Counted from the first letter of the stretch, positions 14,164 to 27,397 are shown. The stretch is DNA of 64,000 nt from Octopus sinensis (GCF_006345805.1 NC_043000.1:100130001-100194000); one strand, 5' to 3'. Notes: generated from the letters alone by a model not told the origin. Numbers and translations are program-made.

Positions 14164-15024
14164 ATAGTTGATAATAAATAATAAAAACGTAATATTCCTG
14201 ATTAACAAAATAAGAGATGATCTTCATTATTTTTAATTCGACGTAATTCAAACCGGTCTGAGGGATTATGTTCCATTACATTCTGAGAGTATGACTTAGC
14301 CATCTGAAGCATCAGCACTTCACTTCAAGGAACAAACTTACACACTCATAAATATCAGAAAAAATAAATGATAAATATAAAAAGGAAACTTAATAATTTG
14401 TTGCTGATCAAACCAGGTTTTCGTAATAGCTCTTCAGTTTAGGCATTAGCATATTAACTTCCTTAATCTGTGAGGGTAAAGATCTTGAATACTGACTCTT
14501 CGTTTATGATTAACAAAAAAAAATTTTTTAATCCTGTTTACTTTTTCCCCTCAAAAAAAAAAAAAAAAAACGAAGAATTTTTACCTAAATAGCAAATTTA
14601 TAGATTTAGATCATGGTTTTAGCATTTTTTGTCTTCCAGGAAGTTCTAAGTATAAAGGAAATATAAGATAGATATCAAATATGATTTCGTATATAAAAAA
14701 ATATCAGATAAGATAATGATATAAAGGAAAGAAACAAAATTAATTGATATTACAAAGAATCACAAGTTGTTTGAAAAATAAATATAGAAGCAAATAGATA
14801 AATGGCAAGTGAGTTTATGTCCATTAATTCTCTAACTTTTTTTCGTGATTTGATATCAATCTAAATAACCTAGTGCTACTTTTTGGGGAGGCGGAAGAGT
14901 TGTCTGGTTTCTTAGAAAACGAGTGCGTCTTCGCTAAGCTTCATTATGCTTCAAGTAATATTTCACTCATAAAGGACTGCGCATATTTACTTAGCTATTT
15001 CCTGTTACTTTATTAAAATTAATG

Positions 15025-15095
15025 CAACTCCGTAACACGGAGTGGTTATGCTTCACTGAAGAAGCCTAATAATACCGAAATGTGTCTGGAATTGT
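15025..15095 (+). ncRNA. Decayed minimal type I hammerhead motif (Penelope-like)
   Basis: UUCA-CUGAAGA-A-gccuaauaauacc-GAAA-UGU-GUC-UGGA. GAAATGTGTC equals GAAACGCGTC after two CpG transitions. Preceded by the 7-bp hairpin ACTCCGT-aac-ACGGAGT. Confidence 0.5.
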
Positions 15096-15544
15096 CACCG
15101 TATCTACCAAAGATCAGATAATATTTTCCTTGCGGCATTGCCTATTTAACTGAGATTTCAGAGCGTGAGACTGTTACAAAAACAAGTATTATGAGTTGTC
15201 CCACATAGTTCTAGTGAATTGAAATATTGTTCAATGTTGACCTCCTCTCAATAAAATTTTAACTAACAGAAGCTACCACCGCGCTCACAAGATGAAGCTT
15301 ACTTCGCTATATATTCGCTGTATATCAATATGCTGTTTCATTTAGAAAATGTCGCGAGCAAGGAAAGAAATTATTCACAGACCAAAGACCTGGCCCGAAC
15401 GTTTACAAAAGAACGGATTCAACTATAGGTACTTATGATCCAACTGGTAGCACTAATTTGAGAGACGGATGAAATCTATCTCCCTAAATCAGAAACGGTT
15501 GACTTTGATAGGCCTTTTCACATCTTCTGTCGATCAAACTGCAC

Positions 15545-15662
15545 TCACAATGTATTGATCGTGTCGAGGCTGTTATAGAAGAGATTTACCTAAGAAGGTT
15601 GGATCGAATCCGAAATCATGCTGCAAAGCAAACTTCTTAACCACACTGCAATGGTTGCACCC
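15545..15662 (-). mobile_element. SINE family B head, partial
   Basis: Reverse complement reads GGTGCAACCATTGCAGTGTGGTTAAGAAGTTTGCTTTGCAGC, like 53017. Confidence 0.65.
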
Positions 15663-15877
15663 ACGGCAACTGATGAGACTTTTAAAAAGGCTGAAACTGC
15701 AGAAAATTCGTCATTCGCGCCTTACTGTTCAGAGCTTGACAGATATATTCGAAGTTTGATTTCACAGCAACACTAAAAATTCTGTTCTTCCTCGTTTTCT
15801 CCTATTATTCTCTTCTCCTGTAATTTAATCTTCTTTCTTGTCTTCCCTGTCCAGCATATTTTCTTTTTATTTACTGA

Positions 15878-16257
15878 CTAGCAGTATCGCCCGGCGTTGC
15901 TCATGTTTGTAAGGGAAATAACTATAAAGCATTTTTAGAGAGTTATAGCCAAAAAATAGCAAAAAAATGGAAAAAAATGATGGTAAATTTTTTTTAGTTA
16001 AAAAAGGTGGAGTTGCGTCCCCTAGACAGTTTGCGGTTTGTGTTTCTATTTCTCGACCCCATGTCAAATTTATCGATTTTTTTCAGAACTGGGGGAACTT
16101 TTCAAAATTTTAGCTGCGTTAGTTTTGAATTATGACATTGGGCTATGTGTGTGTCAAGTTTCATCAGAATCGGTTGAAAGCCGTGGTCAGGGTGAGGGTA
16201 CAAGCAAACAGACACACAGAAAACGCACAGACAAACTGCCGTTTATATAGAGAGAGA
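15878..16257 (-). mobile_element. Complete non-autonomous Helitron (380 bp)
   Basis: Minus strand starts A|TCTCTCTCTATATAAAC and ends GAGCAACGCCGGGCGATACTGCTAG|T: 5' TC, 3' CTAG, GC-rich subterminal sequence, A|T insertion site, no TSD. Confidence 0.85.
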
Positions 16258-16492
16258 TTCAAAACTGAGAAAAGAATAGTTTTCTAAAATTTTCTTCATT
16301 TCACCACTTCTGTTTGTTTCTCTTTAACTTATAATATCTCATTCTTTATACTTACTCAGATTTCGATTAAGATATTTTGAAATTTTTGCATTCTATTTTG
16401 TTTGCGATAGTCATTCTAAATCTGTGCTTTCAGTTCAAATCTTGCCGGCGTCAACTTTGCCTTCCATCCTTTTGGAAGTCGATAAAATACTA

Positions 16493-16607
16493 TTCTTCTT
16501 CTTCTTCTTCTTCTTCTTCTTCTTCTTCTTCTTCTTCTTCTTCTCTTCTTCTTCTTCTTCTTCTTCTTCTTCTTCTTTTTCTTTTTCTTCTTCTTCCTCT
16601 TCTTTCA
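16493..16607. repeat. (TCT)n microsatellite
   Basis: Direct reading. Confidence 0.95.
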
Positions 16608-17499
16608 AGAACAAATTTGTCTATGGTAAAATCAGGAGATAGATGTGTTCTGCTAAGTTTAAAATGCCCAAGACACGGTGTATGTCATAGCGGTGCCCCC
16701 TAACAGCATTGAAAAATAAAACTTTTCAATTTTATTCTCTTAGAAAGAGAACTGTTCTCTTCACTTCCGCTCGTTTTTATTTCAAGAATTCCTTGAAAGC
16801 AAAACACAGTTTTCAACAACTCTCAACGTTGTGCTGATATAAATAAAACACAAGGAAAAGAAAAAGAATGCAAATATGAGCACCCAGAGGAACACAACTC
16901 TATCGGTGAAATTATTATTATTATTATTATTATTATTATACTACATGACCTCAGCGGACTCCATCTCCGCGTCAGCATCTTTATACCAACACGCATCATA
17001 TTTCGAAACTGTTCCAGAATAACAGCATGTGCAGTTCGTATGCAGCTCGTACGTTTCGATTCGACATTCGATTCGAGTAAATAGCAAAATTCTCCTCCTT
17101 GTTATTTAAAGATTATAATGGTGACATTTCATCCACTCCACTCGGATCATTTGTTTACTTTGTAGCTTAATTTCCAATCGTTAAAATCCATAATTTAATT
17201 AAATTTATTGTTATCTGTCAACATATATCACACTACACTTTTAGTTGTTATTTTTTTTTCTTTTCCAATTATGCACGTTTCTCTTTGTTTAATATGTAAA
17301 AAAGTTATTTGCAGTTCAAACCTAGGTTAAACTATATAATATTTCATTTAATTGTACAGCTCAAGTTTCTCTGTCTTTTTCGGCCATCTTGTTTTACAAA
17401 GCTTTTTAATTCTGTGGTTTTAATGTATTTATTCTTGGTGATGTTCTTGTTCGTCTTGACGTCATTAAAGTTGTTGTTCGATTCAATCATGACATACAT

Positions 17500-17548
17500 C
17501 ACCGACACTGTGCAGCCTCATCAAAATCCTTATCACCACCAGCACCAC

Positions 17549-17609
<61 letters not shown>

Positions 17610-17925
17610 GCTCTCGTTGTCGTCATCATCATCGTCATTGCCAACATTTTTTTTTTCACTAACATTGTTACTACAACAACAACTATTCCAATTCTCAGAT
17701 ATATTTCCTCACCGCTACCGCCGCTACAGCAACGAATACTACTACCATCATCAACTCCATTGCTGCTACCACCACAACCACCATTCTCCTTCTTAACCAC
17801 CACCACTACAACAACCGCTACTATTACTACTCCCACCTCTGCCACAACTACAGCTACCACCGCTACAGCCACCACCACCACTATTGTCCTCCTCTTCTTT
17901 CTCAACATTGTTATCAAATTTATTA
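17500..17925. repeat. (CAT)n and cryptic CAC/TAC low-complexity tract
   Basis: Direct reading; explains the poly-H/T/M ORFs. Confidence 0.9.
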
Positions 17926-18253
17926 TTGTCTATAGACAACATGGGTGCTAGTATGGCTAAATGTGACAAGTAGCCTTATGGCAGTTCATAGATCTGAGTT
18001 CCACTCTACAGTGCAGCCCGAATAAGCTTGAATAAGGATTCAAGTGTCTTCAGCCACAACCGTATTCTGTCCAAGCTATGGAAGTGAATTGAGATAAACG
18101 GAAAATGTTTTGAAGACTGTGTCGCTAATTTACGGTGTCAGTCTTGTTACAGGTCGTGTTAGAAAGATGCCAAAGTATATGGAATACCCAACTATTTATC
18201 CGGCATGCTAACGATTCTGCAGCTCATTGCTTTCGTTGACATTGTAATAACTA

Positions 18254-18463
18254 TTTCAAATTTTGACGAGAGGCCATAAATTCGGAAGGGAGATAAGTCC
18301 ATTACATCGACCCCAATACTAAACTGGTACTTATTTTATCGGCCTCGAAAGAATGAAAGGCAATGTCTACCTTGGCAGAATTGGAACTCAGAATGCAACG
18401 ATGAACATAATATTGCTAAGCATTTTGCCCAACGTGCTAACGATTCTGCCAGCCCATCGCCTT
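18254..18463 (-). mobile_element. SINE family A, full length
   Basis: Head, B-box, core and tail are all present. The head end plus about 19 bp of flank is duplicated at about 18200-18250. Confidence 0.85.
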
Positions 18464-18751
18464 CGTCGACGTTATAATAATACTAATAATAATAATGAGG
18501 AAGAGGATCCTTAGTCATTATCATCATCAGTAGCAGCAGTAACAACCAGCAGTCGCATCAGTAGCAGCAGCAGTTGCAGGATGAGTATTTAGTGCCTTTT
18601 TCTGTATTTTGAAATCAGTTAAGTTTCGTGTTTCCAAATTCAGTGTCAAATAACAAATCTTCATGTGACACTGAAGACATTGAAAATAAATGAATAGCAG
18701 TAATGCTTAGTAGCTGGTGATGGCAGCATCATTCGGAATATTGACCCTGGT

Positions 18752-18777
18752 ATGAATAATAATAATATAATAATAAT

Positions 18778-18826
<49 letters not shown>

Positions 18827-18852
18827 TAATAATTAATAATAATAATAATAAT

Positions 18853-18917
<65 letters not shown>

Positions 18918-18945
18918 ATCATAATGATAATAATAATAATAATAA
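18752..18945. repeat. (AAT)n microsatellite
   Basis: Direct reading. Confidence 0.95.
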
Positions 18946-19161
18946 TCCTTTCTACTATAGGTACAAGGCCTGAAATTTGGTGGGGAAGGTACTTGTCGAT
19001 TACATCGACCGCAATGTTTCACTGGTACTTAATTTATCGGCTCCGAAAGGATGAAAGGCAAAGTCGATCTCGGAGGAATTTGAACTCGGAATGTAGAGAC
19101 GGACGAAATGCCGCTAAGCATTATGCTCGGCGTGCTAACGATTTAGCCAGCTCGCCGCCTT
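18946..19161 (-). mobile_element. SINE family A, full length
   Basis: Near-consensus copy with AAT repeats on both sides. Confidence 0.9.
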
Positions 19162-19523
19162 AATAATAATGATAATAATAATAACAACAATCCTTTCTAC
19201 TGAAGGCACAATGCCCGAAATTTTGTGAGATCACTACCACCGCCGCTGTAATGATTATCCCACCTCGCTGCCTTGCACTTTTTAAATATGGAAGAGAGAA
19301 CCAGTGGTCAAAATAAATAAATAAATAAATAAATAGATAAGCAAATAAGTAAATAAACATTCAATGCAAATTTGATAGAAGGTAATCACAGTCGCAAAAA
19401 CGAAGGCATTTAGTTCATTAGCCGATTCCCCTTGACGGAAATAATCCTTTTCTATCATAGGCATAACGTCTGGAACTTTGAGAGAATGGTAAGTCGTCAT
19501 TATACCATCATCATCATCGTCCT

Positions 19524-19652
19524 TGATTGGTACTTTATTTATCGATCCCGAAACGACTTCAGCGGAATTTGAACTCAGAATGAAAAGACGGACGAAATAC
19601 GGTTAAGCATTTTGCCCGGCGTGCTAACGATTTTGCCAGCTCGCTATCTTAC
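19524..19652 (-). mobile_element. SINE family A, internally deleted
   Basis: Head and B-box intact, core shortened. Confidence 0.8.
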
Positions 19653-20234
19653 CTTGGAGAAAATAATAAGACCATGATTATCAAGTTAAATTTTTTTACT
19701 GCTCTTAACATTCTGGGTTCAGGTTCCACCGTGGCCAACCTTACCTTTCATGAAAAATACTAGCCAAGAACTCTGCCTCATGGTTTGGACTAATTATCTC
19801 CCATCAACACTGATAAAAATGAAATGCTTTACAAAGTGAGATTTTCCCTCATCTGTGTTTCCTGAACTGTAAAATGTTGTTAGCTTGGTATTTTTGTCTT
19901 GGTTTGTGTTATATTGTCTATTAATCTTTCTCTATTACGATACATTGCTTTGTTTTAATCAATTTTAATTAACTTAATTGTATTATTTTCGCCAACGATC
20001 CATCGTCTTATCAAACAGATTCTATTGTTCTTGAAACTGTGATCACGTTCTGTCTGATTAGACTTCCGTCCGAAACTCAGAGTAATGAATTGTGAACATT
20101 TTTTTCATCTTCAGCAAAGCTTTCTGTTCTTTCTGTCTTTTTTTCTTTCTTTCTTTCTTTCCTTCCTTTTCCTCTGACTTACGTACGTTTGTGTGTGTGT
20201 ATGTACATATACATACATACATGCATACTTACCC

Positions 20235-20287
<53 letters not shown>

Positions 20288-20563
20288 CACACACATATTT
20301 ACGTATAAGTACATCTATAAAAACATGTATACATACTTATATACGCACGCATATACATATACACTCACGCACGCACACACATCCCAAAGAAAGGCTAGTT
20401 GCCTATCCCACTTTTAACGACATCGGCAATACTAGCTAACGAGGGAATATACATATCGTTAATCAACCTTCGAGATATAGAAACCAAATCTTCCTCAGTT
20501 CACACCATACTCTCTTACGAAAAAGGCACATTGAATTATTTCGTCCAATACGTGGCTTTGCTA

Positions 20564-21146
20564 GGCGGCGAGCTGGCAGAAACGTTAGCACGCCAGGCGA
20601 AATGCTTAGCGGTATTTCATCTGCCGCTACGTTCTGAGTTCAAATTCCGCCGAGGTCGACTTTGCCTTTCATCCTTTCGGGGTCGATAAATTAAGTACCA
20701 GTTACGCACTGGGGTCGATGTAATCGACTTAATACCTATGTCTGTCCTTGTTTGTTCCCTCTGTGTTTAGCCCCCTGTGGGTAATAAAGAAATAGGTATT
20801 TCATCTGTCGCTACGTTCTGAGTTCAAATTCCGCCGAGGTTGACTTTGCCTTTCATCCTTTCGGGGTCGATTAAATAAGTACCAGTTACGCACTGGGCTC
20901 GATATAATCGACTTAATCCGTTTATCTGTCCTTGTTTGTCCTCTCTGTGTTTAGCCTCTTGTGGGTAGTAAAGAAATAGGTATTTCGTCTGCCGCTACGT
21001 TCTGAGTTCAAATTCCGCCGAGGTCGACTTTGCATTTATCCTTTTGGGGTCAATAAATTAAGTACCAGTTGCGTACTGTGGTCGATCAAATCGACTGGCC
21101 TTCTCCCCCAAAATTTCGGCCCTTGTTCCTAGAGTAGTATAGGAAT
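20564..21146 (+). mobile_element. SINE family A trimeric array (184-nt period)
   Basis: One head (20564-20610), units 20611-20794 and 20795-20978, then terminal unit 20979-21146 with the standard tail. Confidence 0.92.
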
Positions 21147-21229
21147 ATATTGCTTTGTTAAAATACCGGAATGATCATTTTTGGACTTTTCTTGGTCAAA
21201 GGTCTACTCTGTCGGATCTGAGTTGGGGG

Positions 21230-21447
21230 TTAAACAGCAATGATATTCTCCTCCTGATCACCATTATCAGCATTATCATCATCTCCACTTTCACCATCGT
21301 CGTCGTTGTTGCTACTGCCCTCATTATCATCATTATTATCATCATCATCAACACCGTCATCGTCATCATCATCATCATCGTCATCCTTACCACCACCACC
21401 ACCATCACTGTTGCTATTCATCATCAACATTATCATCATTTTCATCG

Positions 21448-21486
<39 letters not shown>

Positions 21487-21869
21487 CCGTTATTACCATT
21501 ATTGCCACCGCATGACTCATCTACTTACGCATCCGCCACTACCACCACCAATACCACCACCACCACCACTATCACCATCACCACCACCACCGCCACCAAC
21601 ACCACCTTCCGTCATTGCATTATTATCGTTCCGTTTTTTCTCAATAACATGAAACCTGAATAGCTTAGACATGATGAGAGTTACTGTGGTATACAGAGGT
21701 TGTGGTTGCGATGGTAGCGGTGGTGATGTTCAGTTGTTGTTCATACCGGTAATGGTGGTGGCGGTGGTGGTTTCTGTAATAGTAGTAGTGTAGGCTATAG
21801 TAATATTCAGCTACTTCGTCATGGTGGCGGTGAAGGGAGTAGTAGTAGTAGTAATAGTAGCAGCAACAG

Positions 21870-21950
<81 letters not shown>

Positions 21951-22190
21951 AAAAGATGGCGGTGATAGTGCATGGTAGCTGGAGAAATTTGTTAAGGAGA
22001 TGATAAGGTAGTGCTGGTTGTAGTTGTGGTTTTACAGCTGGTAACAGTGATAATTGTAGTATTGGCAGTAGTGTTAGTTGTACTGTTGACACTTGTAGTG
22101 ACCGTAGTAGTTCTGTGACGGCATGAGTAGCACTAATTATGGTGGCGGCGGCGGCGGTGGTGGTGGTGGTGGCGGCGGCGGAGATACAAG
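21230..22190. repeat. Back-to-back CAT/CAC-rich and GTA/GTG/TTA-rich low-complexity blocks
   Basis: Direct reading. Confidence 0.85.
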
Positions 22191-23052
22191 AGTCGGATAT
22201 TTTTTTTTCTTTTTTCCTCAGTAGTTGTTTACAAATATAGAATACTCACTGAAAAGTGCGCATGCGCCTTCATTCATTCATCACTGTTTTCATTCAGCCG
22301 CACGTACGTATATACACAAATACAAACATGCATATACCTATCTGTATGAGCGTGTGTATGCATACACGTTTATATTTATGCGTGCATGTATGTATATGAT
22401 ATACACGAACTAGAATGAACTCATGCAGATGCACAACAATGCATACAGGCATGCATACAACAATGCATAGAACAATGCATAAATGCATGCAGAATCATGG
22501 GTGCACAAATGCATAACATACACATACATACTTATATACACAATAATCTTTCTCTTTCTTTTTCTGTCTGTCTGTCTCTCCCTTTAAGAAAGAGGATAAC
22601 TGGATAATGTAGTCCTATCTCACACATATAGAGTAACACAGCGTGCTTACACTCACATGAACATAAGCACATGCGCGATTTGATAATATTACACCTTAAC
22701 ATACGCTCAATGTCATGTACTTGTTTGTGCTTGTGTACATTAGAATACTCTGGCATCAACGTGCAAGCATGCACACCTAGACCGAACACGGTTGTATTAA
22801 ATTTCATGCACCTCTTCCCAACCAGACACGCCCAAACCACCTCCACGTACATACACAGACTTCCACACTTCCATGCACGCCCGCATGCACATACGCATAC
22901 ACATATACAGACATACATGCATGCACACACTTATGTACACGGATACGCATGAACATGCACATGCTCTCTATCAGACAGACTCATGCAAGTACCACACACT
23001 CTGACCGAACATTATTATAAAAAACCTCTCCTACATCCACACGATCTACACA

Positions 23053-23098
<46 letters not shown>

Positions 23099-23194
23099 CA
23101 CACACACACAACACACACACACACACACACACACATACACACACACATGTAAACACATAAACATACATCCATAAATGCTATATATATATATATA

Positions 23195-23205
23195 CAGAGA
23201 GAGAT

Positions 23206-23276
<71 letters not shown>

Positions 23277-23291
23277 TATAGATAGACAGAC

Positions 23292-23375
<84 letters not shown>

Positions 23376-23376
23376 G
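23195..23376. repeat. (GATA)n microsatellite
   Basis: Direct reading. Confidence 0.95.
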
Positions 23377-23489
23377 ATTCACACAAGCATACATGTTCAT
23401 ACAGGTAACACACCTTACGCATCCAGATTTTACACTAACACTTGCCCCTTCCCCCATATTTCGTCACCTTAACTACTGCATCACCACCT

Positions 23490-23529
<40 letters not shown>

Positions 23530-24778
23530 AAACACACACAGAGTGTCATATTCAAACACATACAGGCGTATGCAAGTGAGGCATCTTTGCTTTCTGTTAC
23601 TTTCGTTGGTGCACGAATGCACGTAGTACAATATATGAGCAAATGGAGGATTTTACGGAATGCAGTATTGTACTATAATGGATTTAAGGCAGTGATGTGC
23701 ATACATGCATACACGCATACACAAAATTATACACAAAAATGAAAATATATCTATAAATGCATATATATACATATATATATATATCACTAGAACGATAAAA
23801 CTTAAACGTTGCTTGTTTGGGTTTTTTTCTCTACTCTGTGATTATCACTTTATTTAATTAATTGCTGATATTTATATTAATTAATTAATTAATTAATTAA
23901 TTAATTAAATCTATTTGTTTAAGTTCTGAAAATTACTGACACCGTGATTAATTATTGTCATTATCAATATTATTATTGTTGTTATTATTCATTTCATAAA
24001 CACTCTCAGAAGCAACACGTCTAGCACACACGTGCCCACATACTCGCGCGCGCACACAAACACGCACACAACACACACATATACGCACACATGCAAACAA
24101 GCACCTGTACATACGCTCACACACATGGTTGTGGATCCACCATACCAATATCTGTCCGTGTTCCTCAGTGCCAATACTACCCTATTCTCATCATCATCAT
24201 CATCACCAGCAGCACAAACAACATTAACAACAATCCAAATTTTCTTAAAATCGAAACCTACCAATTTTAAGTAAGAAATGGAATAATGTAGTTATAGGAA
24301 AATTGGATAATGTAGTCCTAGATATATTTCTAAAGAAGGTGAAGGTGGTCATTTTTGGAATGTTTTGATCATAGATCTTTTTGAACAAGAGTAATCTAGG
24401 ACTAAAACAGTAACAACAAAATAACTATATCCCACAATAGTTTATTATCACAATCATCATCATCATTAATATCATCATTTCCATCGATCACAGCTGCCTT
24501 CATTTTAAAAAATTTTTGTCATTTAAAAAAACAAAACAAAAGAGAAATATAAGGAAACAGCTTTATAAGTTCTTATTATACGGGACAAAAAATGCTAAAT
24601 AATTTTAACATTGTGCCCCGTGTCAGATATCACTGTACACAGCACACCTGGGTGTCCGTTTGGTTGGAACTGCTTTTATATTCAAATTTAATACTTGCTT
24701 GCCATCCTCAACGACAGGTAAGTTTTCGTTTCGTTTACTGGCTTTTTGTTTAATTTATTGGGGTGGGTTGAATTGATG

Positions 24779-24950
24779 GGTTGGCTGAAACAGTAGCGTA
24801 TCAGTCAAAATGCTTTGTACCATTTATTCTCGAGGTTTACAGTTTGAGTTCAAATTCTGCCCCGGAAGTTAACTTTGCCTTTCGTCTTTTCAGTGACGAA
24901 AAAATAAAATACTAGCTGAACACTTAAAATTTGACTGTAATTAGTAGAAA
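24779..24950 (+). mobile_element. SINE family A, old copy
   Basis: GAGTTCAAATTCTGCC..AACTTTGCCTTTC. Confidence 0.6.
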
Positions 24951-24974
24951 TACTATCTGTAGATTTGTTAAAAA

Positions 24975-25328
24975 CAAGTCTCCTCAAATCGCAAGAATCT
25001 TTCTTGCAGAACATAGGATGGAATTTCCTGCAGGTCGATATCGTGAGTCTCAATTTCAATGTCCTTCATTCTCTTAGGTAGCAGTTTAGTTGTTATGCTT
25101 CGTGCAACAATACCACTGGAACAACTGCCACCTTCGTGTTCCACAAAGTCTTCCTCACTTAGGTCCCAATATTTCTCAATTCCACGCTATTATCGTATGG
25201 TATTGCAATGTCTATCATCTTACACTGTTTTCTTCTCTTTTTTGTCCTCTACGATCATATATTATCTCCTTGCATCAACTATATGGTCAGTCTCCACAAA
25301 GAAATCTCACAAAATCAAATCTTGCAAT
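24975..25328 (-). pseudogene. 5'-truncated RLE-clade LINE (R4/Dong-like) endonuclease C-terminus
   Basis: Minus strand with frameshifts reads ILWDFFVETDHIVDARR..MIVEDKKEKK..MIDIAIPYD..KYWDL..LWNTKVAVVPVV, the RPD..D/E-x-x-P..K..KY..L..W..V.VVP.V pattern of RLE domains. Its 5' end abuts (TAA)n. Confidence 0.8.
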
Positions 25329-25359
25329 TATTATTATTACTATCATTATTATTATTATT

Positions 25360-25555
25360 GGCGGCGTACTTGCAGAATCGTTTGCAGCCAGGCAAAATGC
25401 TTAGCGATATTTCGTCCGTCTTTACGTTCTGAGTTCAAGTTCCGCCGAGGTCGACATTGCTTTTCATCCTTTCGAGGTCGATAAAATAAGTCGATGTAAT
25501 CGACTATTACCGCTCTCCCAAAATTCCAGGCCTTGTGCCTATAGTAGTAAGGAAT
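25360..25555 (+). mobile_element. SINE family A
   Basis: Head, B-box, core, tail. Confidence 0.88.
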
Positions 25556-25576
25556 ATTATTATTAATATTATTATT

Positions 25577-25782
25577 GGTGTCTAGCTGACAGAATATTTA
25601 GCACGCTGGACAAAATGTTTGGCGGAATTTCGTTCATCTTTATGCTCTGAGTTCAAATTCCACCGAGGTTGACTTTGCTTTTCATCCTTTCAGAGTCGAT
25701 TAAATTAGTACTAGTTAAGCGCTGGGGTCGACTAGACTGCTCCCCTCAAATTTCAGGCCTTGTATCTCTATTAGAAAGGATT
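25577..25782 (+). mobile_element. SINE family A
   Basis: Head, B-box, core, tail ending GAAAGGATT(ATT)n. Confidence 0.85.
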
Positions 25783-26693
25783 ATTATTATCATTATGACT
25801 GTCTAGTCTGAAAGGAGCGATAGATGTGGGGATACTACCAAAAACATCAAATAGATTTTAGTTAGACGTCCCTTTGTGATTTGATATTTTGCACTCAACA
25901 AAATGACTTGGGACTTACGAAAGGAGAGCTTTATATTACTGAAAATGTATGAAACAGAGGCTAACTAAAAGTCTAAAAATAAACATAGATACTTAGGACA
26001 AAATTATGAAAATGTTTTGGAAAAGCAAAGGGTTAATGAATGTAGCGATGTCTCTTTACTTTCTGATCTCTTATTTCTTCGGGTGGTGTTTTGGGTCGAC
26101 TTTATATATTTTTTCCACCTTTCCACAGTCGATAAAATAAACAACAGTTTATTGGTCACAAAACGATTCTAGCCATCTCTCTCAAATATATGTCGCTGTG
26201 TACCTATATAAGTAATCATTTCAGTAAGCAAAAATTAAAATATTTGCATTGGCTGTGATGCCCAAAAGCCTCGACTAAATTATCATATTGGAGTTATTTC
26301 CCTTGTTTCTTGTTTCTAAATTTAAAAAACAAAACAAACAAATAAAAACACCCGAGCAGCAGTTTCTTGACTACTAATTGCTAGAAACATCACAGGTGAA
26401 CATTTTCCAACAAGTTTCTTTATTACATATATAAACATATTTTAAATCCTATCATATTTATAGTTTGGATTTTATAAATTTGCCTTTGGGAAACATGTGA
26501 ATCAAGTTTTTACTTGTAGCTGGAATCCGGAAACCGGGAAAGCTGGTAATACCTTACTTTAGTGACAATGAATTTATAACGCAAGGATCAATATTAAAGT
26601 TTAATAAGTTCATTTGCTCTGAAAGGTAAAGACTAACGTTTCGGGGTTAGGGAAAGTGGTGCGTATCTCTTCCCCTTTCATCTCTGTATATAC

Positions 26694-26768
<75 letters not shown>

Positions 26769-27115
26769 CGAAATTAGTATTTTTAAGCTTTATACAGCAT
26801 ACACATGTTTCTATAAATTGCTTGTTAATATTACGCAACTTAAGTGCCCCTATCGTACTGTACAATCGATTTACTTCCTCTGCATTATCAGCACTTCATG
26901 TAGCGGAAGACCCAGAATGTCCCATCTGCAATGTTAGCGACTCGTTCCGTCACTGGGATGGTACTCTAATTATCAATCCCGAAAGAATTAAATGCTAATT
27001 TAACCTAAGCGGGATTGAACTCCAAATGCAGTAACCTGGAATAAATATTGCTATAATATACTGTCAACACGTTAACGACTCAGCATATATATCTAGGCAA
27101 AAGTGTACACAGATA

Positions 27116-27330
27116 CGAAGGGTGCTGAAAAGTTTTAGGCTTTAAGGGAATCGCGAAAGGTCAGGTTAGAGGCCCAAACATCCGAGTTCATTTAAAGGGC
27201 TTACAAAAACTGAAGGACCGCTGCACTAAGTGTGTGAATCTGACAGGAGAATATGTTGAATAAAATCAGAATTAACTGATCCTTCTGGATTTTCTTTTAC
27301 CCAGAGTAGGACCTTTTCAGCACCCCTTCA
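27116..27330 (+). mobile_element. Internally deleted mariner (MITE)
   Basis: TIRs CGAAGGGTGCTGAAAAG / CTTTTCAGCACCCCTTCA with TA on both sides. Retains transposase C-terminus KGLQKLKDRCTKCVNLTGEYVE*. Confidence 0.9.
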
Positions 27331-27362
27331 TATGTCCATACATACATACATACATACATACA

Positions 27363-27397
<35 letters not shown>

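Noticed and set aside
14405-14445. Minus-strand CUGAAGA..GAAA motif
   Set aside because: No stem I and only one stem II pair, as expected by chance.
20611-20978. CRISPR-like array or ribozyme in the 184-nt unit
   Set aside because: The units are near-identical with no unique spacers, and I found no CUGANGA/GAAA layout on either strand.
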